Origin: an uncultured Candidatus Saccharibacteria bacterium | Lineage (GTDB): Bacteria; Patescibacteriota; Saccharimonadia; Saccharimonadales; Saccharimonadaceae | DNA length: 64,000 bases | Direction: 5' to 3' | Assembly: GCA_947306745.1 (NCBI GenBank) | Contig: CAMZHH010000001.1 | Span: 1,000 to 64,999 of the forward strand | In this document: one piece after another, positions 63,640 to 64,000 of the stretch | Numbering within the stretch: the stretch's first letter is position 1 | How the letters are laid out: each line of letters opens with the position of its first letter | Translations under genes and position numbers: made by a program | The notes under the pieces: generated by a model | The model's input: the letters and a program-made list of their open reading frames with translations, nothing else | Database searches by the model: none | Told to the model about the DNA's origin: nothing

Positions 63640-64000
63640 TAGCTATTTAAAGGCATAATAATATGCGTATAATCATCACTCTTAGCATTCTTAATCTTGA
63701 TTGGATCAAGTTTATTCGACATACTAAAGATAATTTTTCCTTCAACCGTGGAATTCAAAGCATCAAGAAGATAACGTGAGTTTAAAGTAACTTTCGCATC
63801 TTTTTCCACTTTTGCCTCCATTGCAGAGGAGTTTTCCCCAACTTCACTCGCAACGGCAGCAATAGAGAATGTACCATCATCAGCTTTCGCTTCACAGACA
63901 ATTGAGCCGCCAGAATCACGCGCAAACAATGCAGCTACTTTAGTCATACGAATTAATTCCGCCTTATCTAGCTCAATATTAGAGATACAATTTTCAGGAA
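63639..64000 (-). CDS. dnaN: DNA polymerase III beta sliding clamp, C-terminal part (5' end outside window)
   Basis: The C-terminal domain reads ...VTLNSRYLLDALNS...IIMPLNS*. The dnaN-recF order is the classical origin-proximal arrangement. The ORF runs off the window edge. Confidence 0.8.
   Translation of the reverse strand, partial: PENCISNIELDKAELIRMTKVAALFARDSGGSIVCEAKADDGTFSIAAVASEVGENSSAMEAKVEKDAKVTLNSRYLLDALNSTVEGKIIFSMSNKLDPIKIKNAKSDDYTHIIMPLNS

Noticed and set aside
1-64000. Genome-wide UGA reassignment (code 4 or 25), suggested by the three TGAs in comF.
   Set aside because: All long conserved genes (dnaE, valS, groEL, virB4, the giant ORF) are open under the standard code with no internal TGA. 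TGA also functions as a stop in the ATGA overlaps at 35722-35725 and 59484-59487.
1-64000. CRISPR arrays, diversity-generating retroelements, retrons, prophage, rRNA or group I/II introns.
   Set aside because: No spacer-repeat periodicity was seen. No reverse transcriptase or Cas-like ORF, phage structural genes or rRNA-like sequence were recognised in any frame.

Overview
Gene-dense (about 90% coding) chromosomal segment of a small, moderately AT-rich genome. By inference only, it looks like a reduced CPR/Patescibacteria bacterium of the Saccharibacteria type. The reasons are the many lineage-specific hypothetical membrane proteins, a Gram-positive-style envelope toolkit, frequent leaderless promoters, and VirB2-like pilin paralogs. 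The standard code (11) fits: all large conserved genes are open, and TAA is by far the commonest stop.

Left to right, the window holds:
- the gap 3' end, rpiB, an rpe-like gene, a PfkB kinase and a LOG-family gene
- dnaE
- a seven-gene minus-strand operon (membrane proteins, a Zn-protease-like protein, a DAG-kinase-like protein and a TlyA-like methyltransferase)
- tRNA-Ser(GGA)
- a MacB-type ABC pair
- a 1727-aa repeat-containing giant membrane protein
- tsaD, a DegT-like aminotransferase, and a decayed AT-rich region with a transposase-like N-terminal fragment
- valS and a two-gene operon of unknown function with a PRTase motif
- a HIT protein, a mini MraZ-like protein, tRNA-Ser(CGA) and tRNA-Arg(GCG), both tRNAs with duplicated 3' flanks
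- an envelope cluster: a degenerate Mur-ligase paralog, an amidinotransferase-fold protein, LicD, an OCD-like protein, a frameshifted HAD nucleotidase, murE and a choline/aminoglycoside-kinase-like protein
- a putative sortase-anchored surface protein
- CIRCE-groES-groEL plus a DnaJ-type zinc-finger miniprotein
- tRNA-Ser(GCU)
- an ~18 kb type IV secretion-like locus (44.5-62.6 kb)
- convergent recF and the dnaN 3' end, which suggests the window is origin-proximal

The T4SS-like locus is the main point of interest. It has seven genes with eight VirB2-like pilin domains, a VirB6/TcpH-like polytopic protein, a PrgI/VirB3-like protein, a VirB4 ATPase preceded by a separate VirB4-N-domain-like ORF, and two very large cell-wall hydrolases. 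No relaxase, coupling ATPase or integrase is in view.

Three genes look disrupted. comF carries three in-frame TGA codons, the HAD nucleotidase has a homopolymer frameshift, and a membrane protein has an in-frame TAA. All functional calls come from motif recognition by eye; no database search was run.
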